Shown here: positions 53,631-63,270 of the stretch, piece by piece
How the letters are laid out: each line of letters opens with the position of its first letter
Position numbering within the stretch: position 1 is the first letter of the stretch
IMG/VR virus record: IMGVR_UViG_3300020202_000061
Coordinates: 248,001-312,000 of that record
DNA length: 64,000 bases
Strand: one strand, 5' to 3'
Notes under the pieces: generated by a model
What the model was told of the DNA's origin: nothing
Seen by the model: only the letters and a program-made list of their open reading frames with translations
The model's database searches: none
Made by a program: the position numbers and the translations under genes

Positions 53631-54148
53631 TGCTTGGTCTGTTCTATCCCACTGCGTTGGCGAATCTCTTCCGGGGTTCCACCTTGGACCCGGACCTGCC
53701 CGCGCCGAAACCCGTCCCGAGTCCGCAGCCACTGACCTATGAACGGGCGGAACCCGCCGTGACCTACGCTCGCCACAGCTTCAAGCCGAAGAGCCTGGAG
53801 CAGCATCGCGAGGAATTTCGCACAGCGTTTCAAACCGTTCTGACCCGCGTGGAGTCGGAACTGCGCTCACACCCCCACGAGCAGCCCAACCAGATCATGG
53901 TGATTCCCGGTGTCCCGGCGCGGCTCAAGGGATCGAGTCGCAAGACCAGCACGCCGGTCGGGGTTCTTCGGGATTTCCGCCACGGTCCGACCGACATGGT
54001 CCAATTCACCCGCACCATCAATGGGGTGGAGAAGATCGTCTCGGTTCCACTGGAACGCCTGGATCAGGCCCAGGCGAAGCTGGTCGCACACATTGCGCGG
54101 CTTGCACCAACACCGGTCGCCGAACCCCTTCCCATCGCAGCGGAGTAG
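53630..54148 (+). CDS. hypothetical protein
   Basis: TGATG coupling. Confidence 0.7.
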   Translation: MLGLFYPTALANLFRGSTLDPDLPAPKPVPSPQPLTYERAEPAVTYARHSFKPKSLEQHREEFRTAFQTVLTRVESELRSHPHEQPNQIMVIPGVPARLKGSSRKTSTPVGVLRDFRHGPTDMVQFTRTINGVEKIVSVPLERLDQAQAKLVAHIARLAPTPVAEPLPIAAE

Positions 54149-54151
54149 ACC

Positions 54152-54532
54152 ATGAGCGGGATCACCATCAGCGTCGAGTTGACCCCGTACAAGGTCAATC
54201 AGACCAAGAAGTTCATCAAGAAGCGGTTCGGTCTGATCGCCACGGATGAACTCCTCACGGCGTTCCTCCAACAGCATCCGGATTTGGCCGTGGTCATTCA
54301 TGAGTCGATTGATCCCACGCGTATGGACACGTACGACCGTGACAATTTCGTGGATGGGCTGACCCAGCATATCCTCGGTAAGGGTCGGTATTGGCCGTCC
54401 AACTCCGACATCTTCAAAGGCGTCGATCCGAAGGATTTCATCCAGGAAATCTTCGTCATGGGCGAGGCCAAAGGCTGGAAGGTCGCCAAGTTGAAGGTGA
54501 AGAAGAAGGTCAAGAAAAAGGCGAAGAAGTGA
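54152..54532 (+). CDS. hypothetical protein with Lys-rich tail
   Basis: DT.DR, WP; KVKKKVKKKAKK. Confidence 0.75.
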   Translation: MSGITISVELTPYKVNQTKKFIKKRFGLIATDELLTAFLQQHPDLAVVIHESIDPTRMDTYDRDNFVDGLTQHILGKGRYWPSNSDIFKGVDPKDFIQEIFVMGEAKGWKVAKLKVKKKVKKKAKK

Positions 54533-54822
54533 GCGAGGACAAGCACGAACACGGCAACGTTCACTTTGCCTGGGCTCTAGGTGGGACGGGCGAGCGCGTG
54601 CACTACCGACTGGAGAGTGAAGGACGCAAGGGGCCTATCCGTGAACTCACTCTCCAGCAGGCCGAATCCTTTATGTTGAATCCGGACCGGGATTACACCC
54701 CGAAGGATGGTGTGCTGAACCTAGAGAAATGGGTCGCCGCGAAGAAACTCCTGACCGAGACCATGTTCAAGCTGGAAAAGACCAAGCCCGGCACCATTGT
54801 CAGACCCGCCGCAAATCCCTAG
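54529..54822 (+). CDS. hypothetical protein
   Basis: GTGA coupling. Confidence 0.65.
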   Translation: MSEDKHEHGNVHFAWALGGTGERVHYRLESEGRKGPIRELTLQQAESFMLNPDRDYTPKDGVLNLEKWVAAKKLLTETMFKLEKTKPGTIVRPAANP

Positions 54823-54831
54823 ATTATCCCT

Positions 54832-55779
54832 ATGAATTTGGATAGGGCCGTTATCGCACTCCAGAAGGCCACGGGGTGGCCGGACATTTTCAGGACCAGA
54901 TATGACGAGGTCTGCTTGCGTTTCAATATGCATCAGGCCATGTCGATCACGGGCCTGGAAATCCGCAATTTTCCCGAGCGTATGAATTACTACTTGAATT
55001 TCCCCGGTTTGGAGGAGATTCCGTTGAGTTTCCTCGTCATGGAAGTGCCGACCAATAACAGCACGGTTCTGCATCGCACCCTGGCCGGACAATTCCACTC
55101 CTACCAGGGATTGCCATCGAAGGTTGTGATGAGCCCAATGGTGGACCCCACTGGCGTGTCCAAATATCTCACCATGCAGGAATGGCACTGGAACGGGGTG
55201 CTCCACAACACCGAGGGGCCAGCCAGAATCACCTATCAGGGTTATCATTGTGACGAAACCCACCCGACCACACTAGACCCGATCAAGCCCTCGCAGGTGG
55301 TTCAGTTTTGGGATTCTGCGATTCTTGGTTGGTTCATCAACGGCACGAGAAAGGTGTGGCCGTTCCCGGCCACGGTTCAGCTAGAGGCGGGATGGTCCCT
55401 GCGCGAACGCGAGTCACCCTACTCGATGATCCGCCAAGAAGGGGTGAGATCGTACTGGTGCCAGTCCGGCATGTTTCTGTTCCAGCGCGATCCCGACGAC
55501 AAGGACACCAACACGGAATTCCTGGTCTCCAAGTTGCTCATCCATCAGCACCAGGAGGAGATCGAGCAGGGCCGAATGATTCGCACTGGTCCCTGCATGT
55601 TCGAGTGGAACTTCAACGGGACCAACTACAGCGGAATCGAGAAGGAAGAAGCCTGCGTGAGGATGATGCGCTGGTTCGAGCAGGACATGCTCTCGCGTAT
55701 CGATCCGTGGGGTCCGTTCTTCCAATCCCAACAGGACAAAATGATCCTGCTATCGAAGATCAAGGAGTTCGGATTTTGA
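54832..55779 (+). CDS. LHxxxGPA-repeat family protein 1
   Basis: W.WNGVLHNTEGPARI; C-terminal FF.S..D. Confidence 0.75.
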   Translation: MNLDRAVIALQKATGWPDIFRTRYDEVCLRFNMHQAMSITGLEIRNFPERMNYYLNFPGLEEIPLSFLVMEVPTNNSTVLHRTLAGQFHSYQGLPSKVVMSPMVDPTGVSKYLTMQEWHWNGVLHNTEGPARITYQGYHCDETHPTTLDPIKPSQVVQFWDSAILGWFINGTRKVWPFPATVQLEAGWSLRERESPYSMIRQEGVRSYWCQSGMFLFQRDPDDKDTNTEFLVSKLLIHQHQEEIEQGRMIRTGPCMFEWNFNGTNYSGIEKEEACVRMMRWFEQDMLSRIDPWGPFFQSQQDKMILLSKIKEFGF

Positions 55780-56570
55780 TCAAGAACTGGACGGACTTCG
55801 CGTCCTGCTATCCTCTAATGAAGGCTCTGGTCGATCTCATGCCGGGTGGGGAGAAGATCGCGGAAATGAGCTACGAGCCCATCCAGAACGATACCTCGTT
55901 CCGAGTAGATCGGCACTCCTATCTGGATGCGGAAAAGCTTCCAGAGGAACTCCGCAAATACGCACCCAAGCAGGTGTTCTGGTGGAGGGACGGCCTTCGT
56001 CATCGAGCCCATGCACGACACGAGACGTTCCACGGCTCTGTGCTGCTCGCCTACGGCAACATCGCGATTGAACCGGCTCCACATCGGTCCTGGAGCACAG
56101 GCTCTTCCTGGGCCGCCAATTCGCCCATATTCAGCTACCCTCGTAGTCAGCCTTCATGGAAGGATGTTCCGGACGATTACCTGCATCGCGAAGATGGGTT
56201 TCCGGCACTAATCGGACTATTTGGGTATCATGGCAAGTTCAACCCCCTGACCCAACTCCCCTATGGGGATGTGCGCAAGCGCACGATCACCTGCACCCAT
56301 CTGACCGGTTCCTGGTGCCGCCACGGTCGTCCCTATCGCGCATTTGGACCCTGTGGTATGATCATCCACTCCTACCGGGAATTCTGGGAGGACGGTAAGC
56401 GATCCAATTGCAGGCATTCCAGCGTGGACACGTATTGGCGTCCGACTCCGGAGAAGGACCTGGACGAGTTCAAAGCGTTCCGGGCTCGAATCCGAAAGAC
56501 CGATCCCTACCAGAACATTTATTTCCTGGATTCGGTGAATCGCACGGAGTACGTGACCAGATTTGCTTGA
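55776..56570 (+). CDS. LHxxxGPA-repeat family protein 2
   Basis: WW.DGLRHR, YLHREDGFPALI, YRAFGP; TTGA coupling. Confidence 0.75.
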   Translation: MIKNWTDFASCYPLMKALVDLMPGGEKIAEMSYEPIQNDTSFRVDRHSYLDAEKLPEELRKYAPKQVFWWRDGLRHRAHARHETFHGSVLLAYGNIAIEPAPHRSWSTGSSWAANSPIFSYPRSQPSWKDVPDDYLHREDGFPALIGLFGYHGKFNPLTQLPYGDVRKRTITCTHLTGSWCRHGRPYRAFGPCGMIIHSYREFWEDGKRSNCRHSSVDTYWRPTPEKDLDEFKAFRARIRKTDPYQNIYFLDSVNRTEYVTRFA

Positions 56571-56601
56571 CAAAACTCAGTGAAATCCTTAAGATATTAG
56601 G

Positions 56602-57501
56602 ATGTTCACGAGCATTCTCGACTATATCCGTTCGGACCTCTACCACACGCTGGCGTACCGGCACCCGCGCAGTCAGGTCCGGCATGATCCGCTCGCTCTG
56701 TTCCAGAGTATCGATGGTGTGAGCCTCGGCAAGCACTTCTGGGGTGATCGCGAGATCGAGACGAACCTTGCCAAGACCAAGCCGGGTTCGTTCACCACGT
56801 TCGATCATTTCTGGTTCATTCCGGATCGCGCCAACTACCAGAACTACATCCTCGGCCTCGCCCAGAACGAGATCGAAATCGCCGCTGATGATATCCCCGA
56901 TCTGATCGGGTTCGAAAGCGAATTTGGTTGTCGTCAGCATCAGATCGACGGGCTCATCAATACCCAACTGGATGGTTCTCCCTCGGTGGAAATGCACAAC
57001 CTCTACCTCTACTGGGGCTATTGGGATGGGGAGATCGATCACAAAGAGAAGCGTCGGAAGAAATTCGTCTGCCACCGTGAGAATGGCCCGGCTCGGGTCT
57101 ATATGAGCAAGCTCAAGAAGTGGCACAAGGATGGCAAACGGTATCGGGTCGGGAGTCAATCCACGATCACCTGCGACCGGTTCCATGCCTTGTGGATGCA
57201 CAAGGGTGAACTGATCGAGGGGCAACACCAGGAACGGCCCCAATCCGTGTGTGTGACCGACTTTCGAGAATGGGAAAGCGTGAAGTCGAAGAAGAGAGGG
57301 CTTGAGGTTCAACAGACCGCCAAGATCGATTACATCTGGCGGATGAACCAACGGACCTATCACACGAAGGTTCTCGAACCGATCTACAAAGAACTATCCC
57401 GCCGGGGATTGGATTTCAACCTGCTCGCCACGGGTTCGGTCTACGGATCATCTGTCGCTCGCATGGCGTTCTATTCGGAGTTGTCCAAGCATGTCGGGTA
57501 G
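56602..57501 (+). CDS. LHxxxGPA-repeat family protein 3
   Basis: CHRENGPARV, WHKDGKRYR. Confidence 0.75.
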   Translation: MFTSILDYIRSDLYHTLAYRHPRSQVRHDPLALFQSIDGVSLGKHFWGDREIETNLAKTKPGSFTTFDHFWFIPDRANYQNYILGLAQNEIEIAADDIPDLIGFESEFGCRQHQIDGLINTQLDGSPSVEMHNLYLYWGYWDGEIDHKEKRRKKFVCHRENGPARVYMSKLKKWHKDGKRYRVGSQSTITCDRFHALWMHKGELIEGQHQERPQSVCVTDFREWESVKSKKRGLEVQQTAKIDYIWRMNQRTYHTKVLEPIYKELSRRGLDFNLLATGSVYGSSVARMAFYSELSKHVG

Positions 57502-58360
57502 TATCGTAGAGTATCTGGCCCAGGCCGACATCTACTACTTGTTGTTCCACGAGGCGGCCTCGCGTGGTCAATCCGTGCCTTTGGGCAAGACCTTTCCGAT
57601 CTACTCGGTGAAGGTCAGTAAGGGTAAGGTGGCGGATTTCGACTACACCGATTTCATGGGAATCGAACGGGCAGACTTCAATCCAACTCTGGCCTCGTTG
57701 GTTCCGGAGCATGATCTACCCGACCTCATCCTGGTGCAGAGCCGTCCGGAGTACCACTTCAACAAGGACGGACTCCTGCACGGTCCTCATGGTGGTGGAC
57801 AGAGCAATCCCTCGCTCAAGATTCGCAGCATGATCCTGTTGTGGGGCTCGATTTCCTCCGCAATCACCGGAACAATGGAACGGATCAACAAGGCCAAACC
57901 CAGAGGAACCGAAACCACACCAAACCGCTACATTCAGGTACGCCGAGTTAATGCTCCGGCTATCGTTCGTATGGATCACGTCCGATTCTGGCACAATTGT
58001 GCTGAGGTCCAGTGGATCAACTGCGGCAAACTCATGTGCCATTGGGTCCACAAGGAACGACTCCTCCGAGACAACGGTGGTCCCCACACGACTCTACTGG
58101 AGGAGATCAGGATTCTCCCTCAGAACGAAGGGGAGGGATTGGTCCTCAACGATCACACCGTTACCATTGACGTTGTCGATCATACCTGGAACACCATGGG
58201 TGGCAAAAACATCGCTCAAAAAACAGTGCAGCGGGTTCTCGACGCCAAAAACATCCGCTATGAAGAGTTCTCAAAGGACCAATTCTTCAAAAGCCAACAG
58301 GAGTTCATGATCTTCCTCCAAGGCATGCAGGACGAACTCGCTCGGGATCGAATCGTATAA
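57491..58360 (+). CDS. LHxxxGPA-repeat family protein 4
   Basis: DGLLHG..G..PS, RVNAPAIV, LRDNGGP; C-terminal FFKSQQE. Confidence 0.75.
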   Translation: MSGSIVEYLAQADIYYLLFHEAASRGQSVPLGKTFPIYSVKVSKGKVADFDYTDFMGIERADFNPTLASLVPEHDLPDLILVQSRPEYHFNKDGLLHGPHGGGQSNPSLKIRSMILLWGSISSAITGTMERINKAKPRGTETTPNRYIQVRRVNAPAIVRMDHVRFWHNCAEVQWINCGKLMCHWVHKERLLRDNGGPHTTLLEEIRILPQNEGEGLVLNDHTVTIDVVDHTWNTMGGKNIAQKTVQRVLDAKNIRYEEFSKDQFFKSQQEFMIFLQGMQDELARDRIV

Positions 58361-58950
58361 TGACGAATTCACATCCCGCTCATGACCTGGATTGGTACGT
58401 CTGCAATCTCAAAGGTCTCCAGACCGAGGTCTATGCCGGAATCAAATGCACGTCCAACGCGAACCTCGATATAAAAACGAACAACCCCGAAAGGGGGAGT
58501 GTGGCAGAGATTACCTACCGCGATCTGATCCTACACTTCTACCGTGAGAACGAACACATCAAGGCGATCCTCCGTGGTGGCCGACATCGCTTCGAGCATG
58601 GCCAACTCCATGATGGGGTCCGACCGGCTGTAGAAATCGAATACATCGAACTGGTCTGGCAGAACGAGTTGGGCGAAAAGTTCCGCAAATTCGGTCCGGT
58701 CAGTGTAAGCATTTGGGATTATCGCGCCAATTGGTCCAACGGCACTTTTCTGATGGACCAATCCTCCATGGTGAAGGAACAGTTCCTCAACTATGATAAT
58801 CGTGAAATTTTTCACGAAGCAGTAGATGCCTGGAAGAAACAGAGTAAGATCAAGGCGGATCATTTCTCGTTCGACTACATCACGGACGGTATCCACAAAC
58901 TGTCTATAAGCGCGGAACTCTTCAGGTCGCAAGATACCATTAGCAAATAA
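58360..58950 (+). CDS. LHxxxGPA-repeat family protein 5
   Basis: HGQLHDGVRPAVE, FRKFGP. Confidence 0.7.
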   Translation: MTNSHPAHDLDWYVCNLKGLQTEVYAGIKCTSNANLDIKTNNPERGSVAEITYRDLILHFYRENEHIKAILRGGRHRFEHGQLHDGVRPAVEIEYIELVWQNELGEKFRKFGPVSVSIWDYRANWSNGTFLMDQSSMVKEQFLNYDNREIFHEAVDAWKKQSKIKADHFSFDYITDGIHKLSISAELFRSQDTISK

Positions 58951-58975
58951 ATACGGGGGAACAGGAGAATCCCCC

Positions 58976-59602
58976 ATGGTATTGAGCGCAACATCCGCAG
59001 CCACCCTTACTCAAAACGTCATCAACGTCCAGGAGAACCGTCTCCTCGTGGACGAGATCGGTGGTGCCGAGTCTGCCATCCGCAACGCTGCGCGGCGTCA
59101 GCATTATAAGGTTGCTTACAACGCGACGAAAATCGGCAATCCGCCACTGGATGATCTCGATCAGGGTCTGACGGTGGTTCAGGAGGAGTTCTACGACGCC
59201 TTCAAGAATGCCGGATACATTGTGCGGCGCGACGAAGATTCTGGATATTGGCTCCTACGGTGGGCCGTGTCCGGGGCTGAGGAACTGGTGCGGCTCTATT
59301 CGGTGCGTACGATTGTGTCGCCCGGCACCAACGAGTCTCAGACGCTCACCGCAATCGACGCGTTCTTCACCACCCAGATTGCCCCGAAAGCGACCGTACG
59401 CTCACTCTTGGTCAATCCGATGGGATCGGGTGGAAACATCGACGAGACCCAGTTCGGGGCGACCGCGAGCACCTTCTACGAGTACGTGGCTATTGTCCAG
59501 CAAGGTACCGATCTGGACCATGCTGCGGCCCTGAAGTCTTACTTGGTGAATTCGGCGATTGGGTTTGCCACGAACAATGTGGCCGTCTACAAGATCGCTT
59601 AA
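58976..59602 (+). CDS. late protein, probably structural
   Basis: TAAATA at 58947, SD AGGAG, A/T/V/N-rich. Confidence 0.7.
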   Translation: MVLSATSAATLTQNVINVQENRLLVDEIGGAESAIRNAARRQHYKVAYNATKIGNPPLDDLDQGLTVVQEEFYDAFKNAGYIVRRDEDSGYWLLRWAVSGAEELVRLYSVRTIVSPGTNESQTLTAIDAFFTTQIAPKATVRSLLVNPMGSGGNIDETQFGATASTFYEYVAIVQQGTDLDHAAALKSYLVNSAIGFATNNVAVYKIA

Positions 59603-60015
59603 CGCTTCAGATTGAATTTTTCGCGAACGTCGTTAGCGAGCCTTGCCAGTTTTTCCTTGATCGTCTTGGGGTCGCCTTCGGACTCAACGATGATCTTGGC
59701 CTTGGCCAAGTATTCTACCGTGGCCTGAGCACCTAACTGGCATATCTTGGCGATGTCGTAGAAGTTCACCGCGATCAATGAGGCTTCCCGACCCAAGTGC
59801 ACGGGGGTTTCCGGATAAGCGCTGAGGAAATCTCGATTCACACAGTTCTTGGAGAAATCCTCCGGGACCTCAACCATTTGATACTTGTACTCGGTGACTA
59901 AGACCTTCTTGGTCCCGGCGCAACCCGTGGCCAGAAATAGAACAGTGATGATCAACAACATCCAAAGCAAAATCTTGAATGCTCTCTTCGAGTTGTAAGG
60001 AGAAACTTTGATCAT
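59599..60015 (-). CDS. putative outer-membrane spanin (Rz1-like lipoprotein)
   Basis: Signal peptide with lipobox-like LATG-C; downstream P....C and second Cys. Confidence 0.6.
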   Translation of the reverse strand: MIKVSPYNSKRAFKILLWMLLIITVLFLATGCAGTKKVLVTEYKYQMVEVPEDFSKNCVNRDFLSAYPETPVHLGREASLIAVNFYDIAKICQLGAQATVEYLAKAKIIVESEGDPKTIKEKLARLANDVREKFNLKR

Positions 60016-60482
60016 GGCTGAACCTCCGGCTTCAATTCGGGCTGTAGGGTCGGTACCGGGGCTGGCGTCACCGGAATGTTGAGTTCGAGTTTGCGGATGT
60101 CCTCCAGAGTCTTCTGCAAGACTTCGGGAATCTCACCATCCTTCAGTTGACCCTCTTTGATCTGCTCAGTCAGATTACGGACGTTGCGGAGGAGCTTCTC
60201 CTGCTTCTGCATGAAATCCTGGATCGCCTGCTCACGCGCCTGCATGACCTCTTCCATCGTCTCCAGATGCTCCTGCTGCTGTTTCAGATGGTTTTCGACC
60301 TGCTCCTGAAATACCTTGTTCACAGCTTCGGTTTCGATAGACTTCTTCCACCACATATATCCGAGGAACAAACCTAGGGCGACGACGCCAACCAGAAGGA
60401 GCTTTCCACCAATTCCCTTCAGGAATCCGAAGAACGGAAACATCGCAAGTAATTTGGCACCCAAAAAGGCAAACGGGAGCAT
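60012..60482 (-). CDS. putative inner-membrane spanin (Rz-like)
   Basis: N-terminal TM, long coiled coil, DG..P..L, Pro-rich tail; TAAATA upstream. Confidence 0.6.
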   Translation of the reverse strand: MLPFAFLGAKLLAMFPFFGFLKGIGGKLLLVGVVALGLFLGYMWWKKSIETEAVNKVFQEQVENHLKQQQEHLETMEEVMQAREQAIQDFMQKQEKLLRNVRNLTEQIKEGQLKDGEIPEVLQKTLEDIRKLELNIPVTPAPVPTLQPELKPEVQP

Positions 60483-60547
60483 GGTTGAAAATCCTCAATC
60501 GTATACTCATTTATTTAGGGGAACCCGAGGATTTCATAAATATTAAC

Positions 60548-61354
60548 ATGAGAGTCATCGTCTGCGGTGGTAGGGATTTTGAGGACGTAGAATTCGTCAT
60601 CCACTACCTAAACCACGTCCACAACTGGAATCCGATCACCTGTGTGATTGCCGGAGCCGCTCGGGGTGTGGACACGTTTGCGGAGCTTTGGGCGGACGAG
60701 ATGGGTATTCCCAAGGAGGTATATCCGGCTGACTGGGACAAACACGGGAAGTCTGCGGGACCCATCCGTAATCAGGAAATGCTCGACAAGTCCAATCCGG
60801 ATATGATCATGGCCTTCCCTGGTGGTCGTGGAACCGCCCACATGTTCAAGATTGCCGAGGCCCATGGAGGTGTCGATCTATGGCAGTCCAAGCAGATTCT
60901 CTTCCGTAAGCGCGATCCCAAATACGGGTTCATGTCGAATTTTGCCGAGGGGTTTGAATTCGTCGATCAGGATGGTCTGATTTGGTCCACCAGCGAGCAC
61001 CACTATCAGGCTCAAAAAGCCACAAACGAGGAGGATCGCAGCCGGGTCCAGATGGCCCGTACCGCATTCGATTCGAAGCAGATTGGTGGTTCTATTACCC
61101 TGCGTCCGGACTGGGACGAGGTCAAGATAGACTGCATGCGTCAAACCCTGGCTCTGAAGTTCGCTGAAGGTTCGAAGGCGGCCGATCGCCTCATGGACAC
61201 CCAGGCGGCCTATCTCGTAGAGGATACGCCCTGGGGCGATCAATTCTGGGGGAAAACCTATGGTGTCGGAGAGAGTCATCTGGGAAAACTCTTGATGGAA
61301 CGTCGTGAATCCCTTATTCTGGGGACTCCTGTGAGGATTTGGTATCCCGAGTGA
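60548..61354 (+). CDS. SLOG (DUF2493/YspA-like)-NADAR fusion protein
   Basis: VCGGR.F, G.A.G.D..A, ADW..HGK.AGPIRN, AFPGG.GT; then SNF, SEH.YQA.K, R.DW...K...M..KF, LVE...D..WG, LG..LM..R. Confidence 0.9.
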   Translation: MRVIVCGGRDFEDVEFVIHYLNHVHNWNPITCVIAGAARGVDTFAELWADEMGIPKEVYPADWDKHGKSAGPIRNQEMLDKSNPDMIMAFPGGRGTAHMFKIAEAHGGVDLWQSKQILFRKRDPKYGFMSNFAEGFEFVDQDGLIWSTSEHHYQAQKATNEEDRSRVQMARTAFDSKQIGGSITLRPDWDEVKIDCMRQTLALKFAEGSKAADRLMDTQAAYLVEDTPWGDQFWGKTYGVGESHLGKLLMERRESLILGTPVRIWYPE

Positions 61355-61587
61355 CTTATCCACAACTTACACCACTAAACGGCACGAAAACGCATCCGCT
61401 GAGCAAGCATGCGCTTGAAGTGATTGAACGTTTGCGCCTAGGCCCATTGCCACGCACAGAAATCAATCCGGGCGTATGGAACCGTTTACTTCGCGAGCCG
61501 GATTTGGTAGAGGAAGTGTGGTTGCCGAGCCCGTACAAAACGGTTCGTGGCAACGTCCTTTTCCTCAAGCTTAAAGAGGCATCCTGA
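61351..61587 (+). CDS. hypothetical protein
   Basis: GTGA coupling. Confidence 0.65.
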   Translation: MTYPQLTPLNGTKTHPLSKHALEVIERLRLGPLPRTEINPGVWNRLLREPDLVEEVWLPSPYKTVRGNVLFLKLKEAS

Positions 61588-61772
61588 TGAAACAGGTCTC
61601 CATCCGAATCGGTGGACTGTTGAGGTGTTGCACCACCACAATACGGGAGGACGCGGAGACCCGCGTGAGTAAACCGCAGGAGGGAGAACGTCTCACCTGC
61701 AAATATTGCAACAATGAAGATATCATCTTTCATAAAGGAGCCTGGGAGTGGGTTCGTGAAAAAGCTCACTGA
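61587..61772 (+). CDS. small Zn-ribbon protein
   Basis: GGL.RCC, CKYC, W.W. Confidence 0.7.
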   Translation: MKQVSIRIGGLLRCCTTTIREDAETRVSKPQEGERLTCKYCNNEDIIFHKGAWEWVREKAH

Positions 61773-62022
61773 CAAACAGGCTATTCGAGTGGCTTTGAGT
61801 TTGGCCATCGACTACGAAGAATCCCTGATCGATTCCTACAGTAGTGTGTCCGATTCGGCCGAGAAAGAAGATGTTGTGGGTCGTGCACAGAAACGAATCG
61901 ACGCGTTCAAGCGTGTCCTACAACGCTACTACGGGGTGAAGTATCAACACCCCATGTTGAAGGACGTGGGCAAACCAATACCAGTGTTGACATTTTTGAA
62001 GGGAAAACAAGACAATGAGTAA
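61756..62022 (+). CDS. hypothetical protein
   Basis: SD GGAG before GTG. Confidence 0.65.
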   Translation: MKKLTDKQAIRVALSLAIDYEESLIDSYSSVSDSAEKEDVVGRAQKRIDAFKRVLQRYYGVKYQHPMLKDVGKPIPVLTFLKGKQDNE

Positions 62023-62215
62023 GGTTGTGAGTCCGATCTGCATGTCTCGCGACAAATACGGCAACTACTGTCTCACCGGCACTGCTCTTGATGATGAGTT
62101 CCACAAAGACATCACCAAGGAAGAGGCAAGGAAGATTCTGAGCGACCGCAAGTGCCCACCTGATCTACTTGAAGAGATCATGTCCCAGACAGGCGCTGGC
62201 GTGGTGATGTGTTAG
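62015..62215 (+). CDS. hypothetical protein
   Basis: Coupled ORF. Confidence 0.6.
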   Translation: MSKVVSPICMSRDKYGNYCLTGTALDDEFHKDITKEEARKILSDRKCPPDLLEEIMSQTGAGVVMC

Positions 62216-62628
62216 CGGCGAAGTGATTTCCGCGTCAGATAATTGATCACCGAATCGGTCAGCGCTTCCATGCGATCCTGGAGGCGCTGGATCGACCGCT
62301 TCACCTCGATGATCTGGCTCTCGACGTTCTTGATCTGCACCCGCACGGTGCCATCCAGGGTCTCCTGAAGCACTGCAAGCTTCTGTTCGAGGTCGGCGAG
62401 TTCCCTCTGGACCTCCTCAATCTCTTGCTCAGTCTTGGGATCAGCATGCTGAACGGGGTCCTTTTCCTTCTCCCCATCCACACGATTCTCGATCCACATA
62501 CGAGCGACCTGAACCACACCAAGAACCACGGTGGTGACCGCACCCAAAACGGATGCGACTAGGCCAAAAGCTCCGGCCCAGGATAAAGGTTTGAAAACCT
62601 CTACAATATCAACCAACAAGTCCATCAT
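62212..62628 (-). CDS. membrane-anchored coiled-coil protein
   Basis: N-terminal TM, heptad-rich C-terminus. Confidence 0.75.
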   Translation of the reverse strand: MMDLLVDIVEVFKPLSWAGAFGLVASVLGAVTTVVLGVVQVARMWIENRVDGEKEKDPVQHADPKTEQEIEEVQRELADLEQKLAVLQETLDGTVRVQIKNVESQIIEVKRSIQRLQDRMEALTDSVINYLTRKSLRR

Positions 62629-63163
62629 GACGGAATTCTGCCTTTAGGCGATACAGGTCTTTAAGAACCGTGTACTCGGCTGTTACATCTCGAATGATCC
62701 CCACGGTGCCCAGGTACTCCCCGTTTCTGATCGGGTAATAATTGATATGCAGGGTATGACCCCGATCCAGGGTCACCTCAAATTCTCCTTCTTCTCCTTT
62801 CGTGGCCAGGGTCCAGTGATCCTTCACGAACTCTCGCCACCGACGCCCAAAGATGAGTTCACCCTGCTCGGGCAACTTCATCTGAGTTGATTCCTTCGGG
62901 GTAAATCCTAGAAGCGTGCAGGCAGAGGGGTTGACAAACTCGATACGGCCATTGGGGTCCGTCTTGAACAGACCGATATTGATCCGCTCGGCTATGATTC
63001 GCAGAGATTCTTGTGCCTCGAACAAAGGCTTTTCATATGCTTCCATCGCCAAAGGTCCAAAATCGTTATGACCAGCATATTTATGCCATGCACGATCCGT
63101 GAGGCGTTCCACCGGGAACAACACGACGTTTTTGACGAGCGCAACATTTTCCCTGGTGTACAT
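62609..63163 (-). CDS. stand-alone PAS-domain protein
   Basis: LRIIAE....G....D..GRI.FVN..AC.LLG.T..E; G.VG..RDVT; TAAATA upstream. Confidence 0.85.
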   Translation of the reverse strand: MYTRENVALVKNVVLFPVERLTDRAWHKYAGHNDFGPLAMEAYEKPLFEAQESLRIIAERINIGLFKTDPNGRIEFVNPSACTLLGFTPKESTQMKLPEQGELIFGRRWREFVKDHWTLATKGEEGEFEVTLDRGHTLHINYYPIRNGEYLGTVGIIRDVTAEYTVLKDLYRLKAEFRHDGLVG

Positions 63164-63270
63164 GAGAGTTTTCCTCCGGGGTTATTTACGACCTCGAAGG
63201 ATTAGACAACCCGTGTGGGTTGTAAATTTTGGATTAAATTACAACGTGTTATAACAAAAGTGTTAGGCTA

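Noticed and set aside
63190-63270. AT-rich gap with an ACAACCC/GGGTTGT hairpin as a replication origin
   Set aside because: Short and without iterons; better explained as terminator or promoter space.
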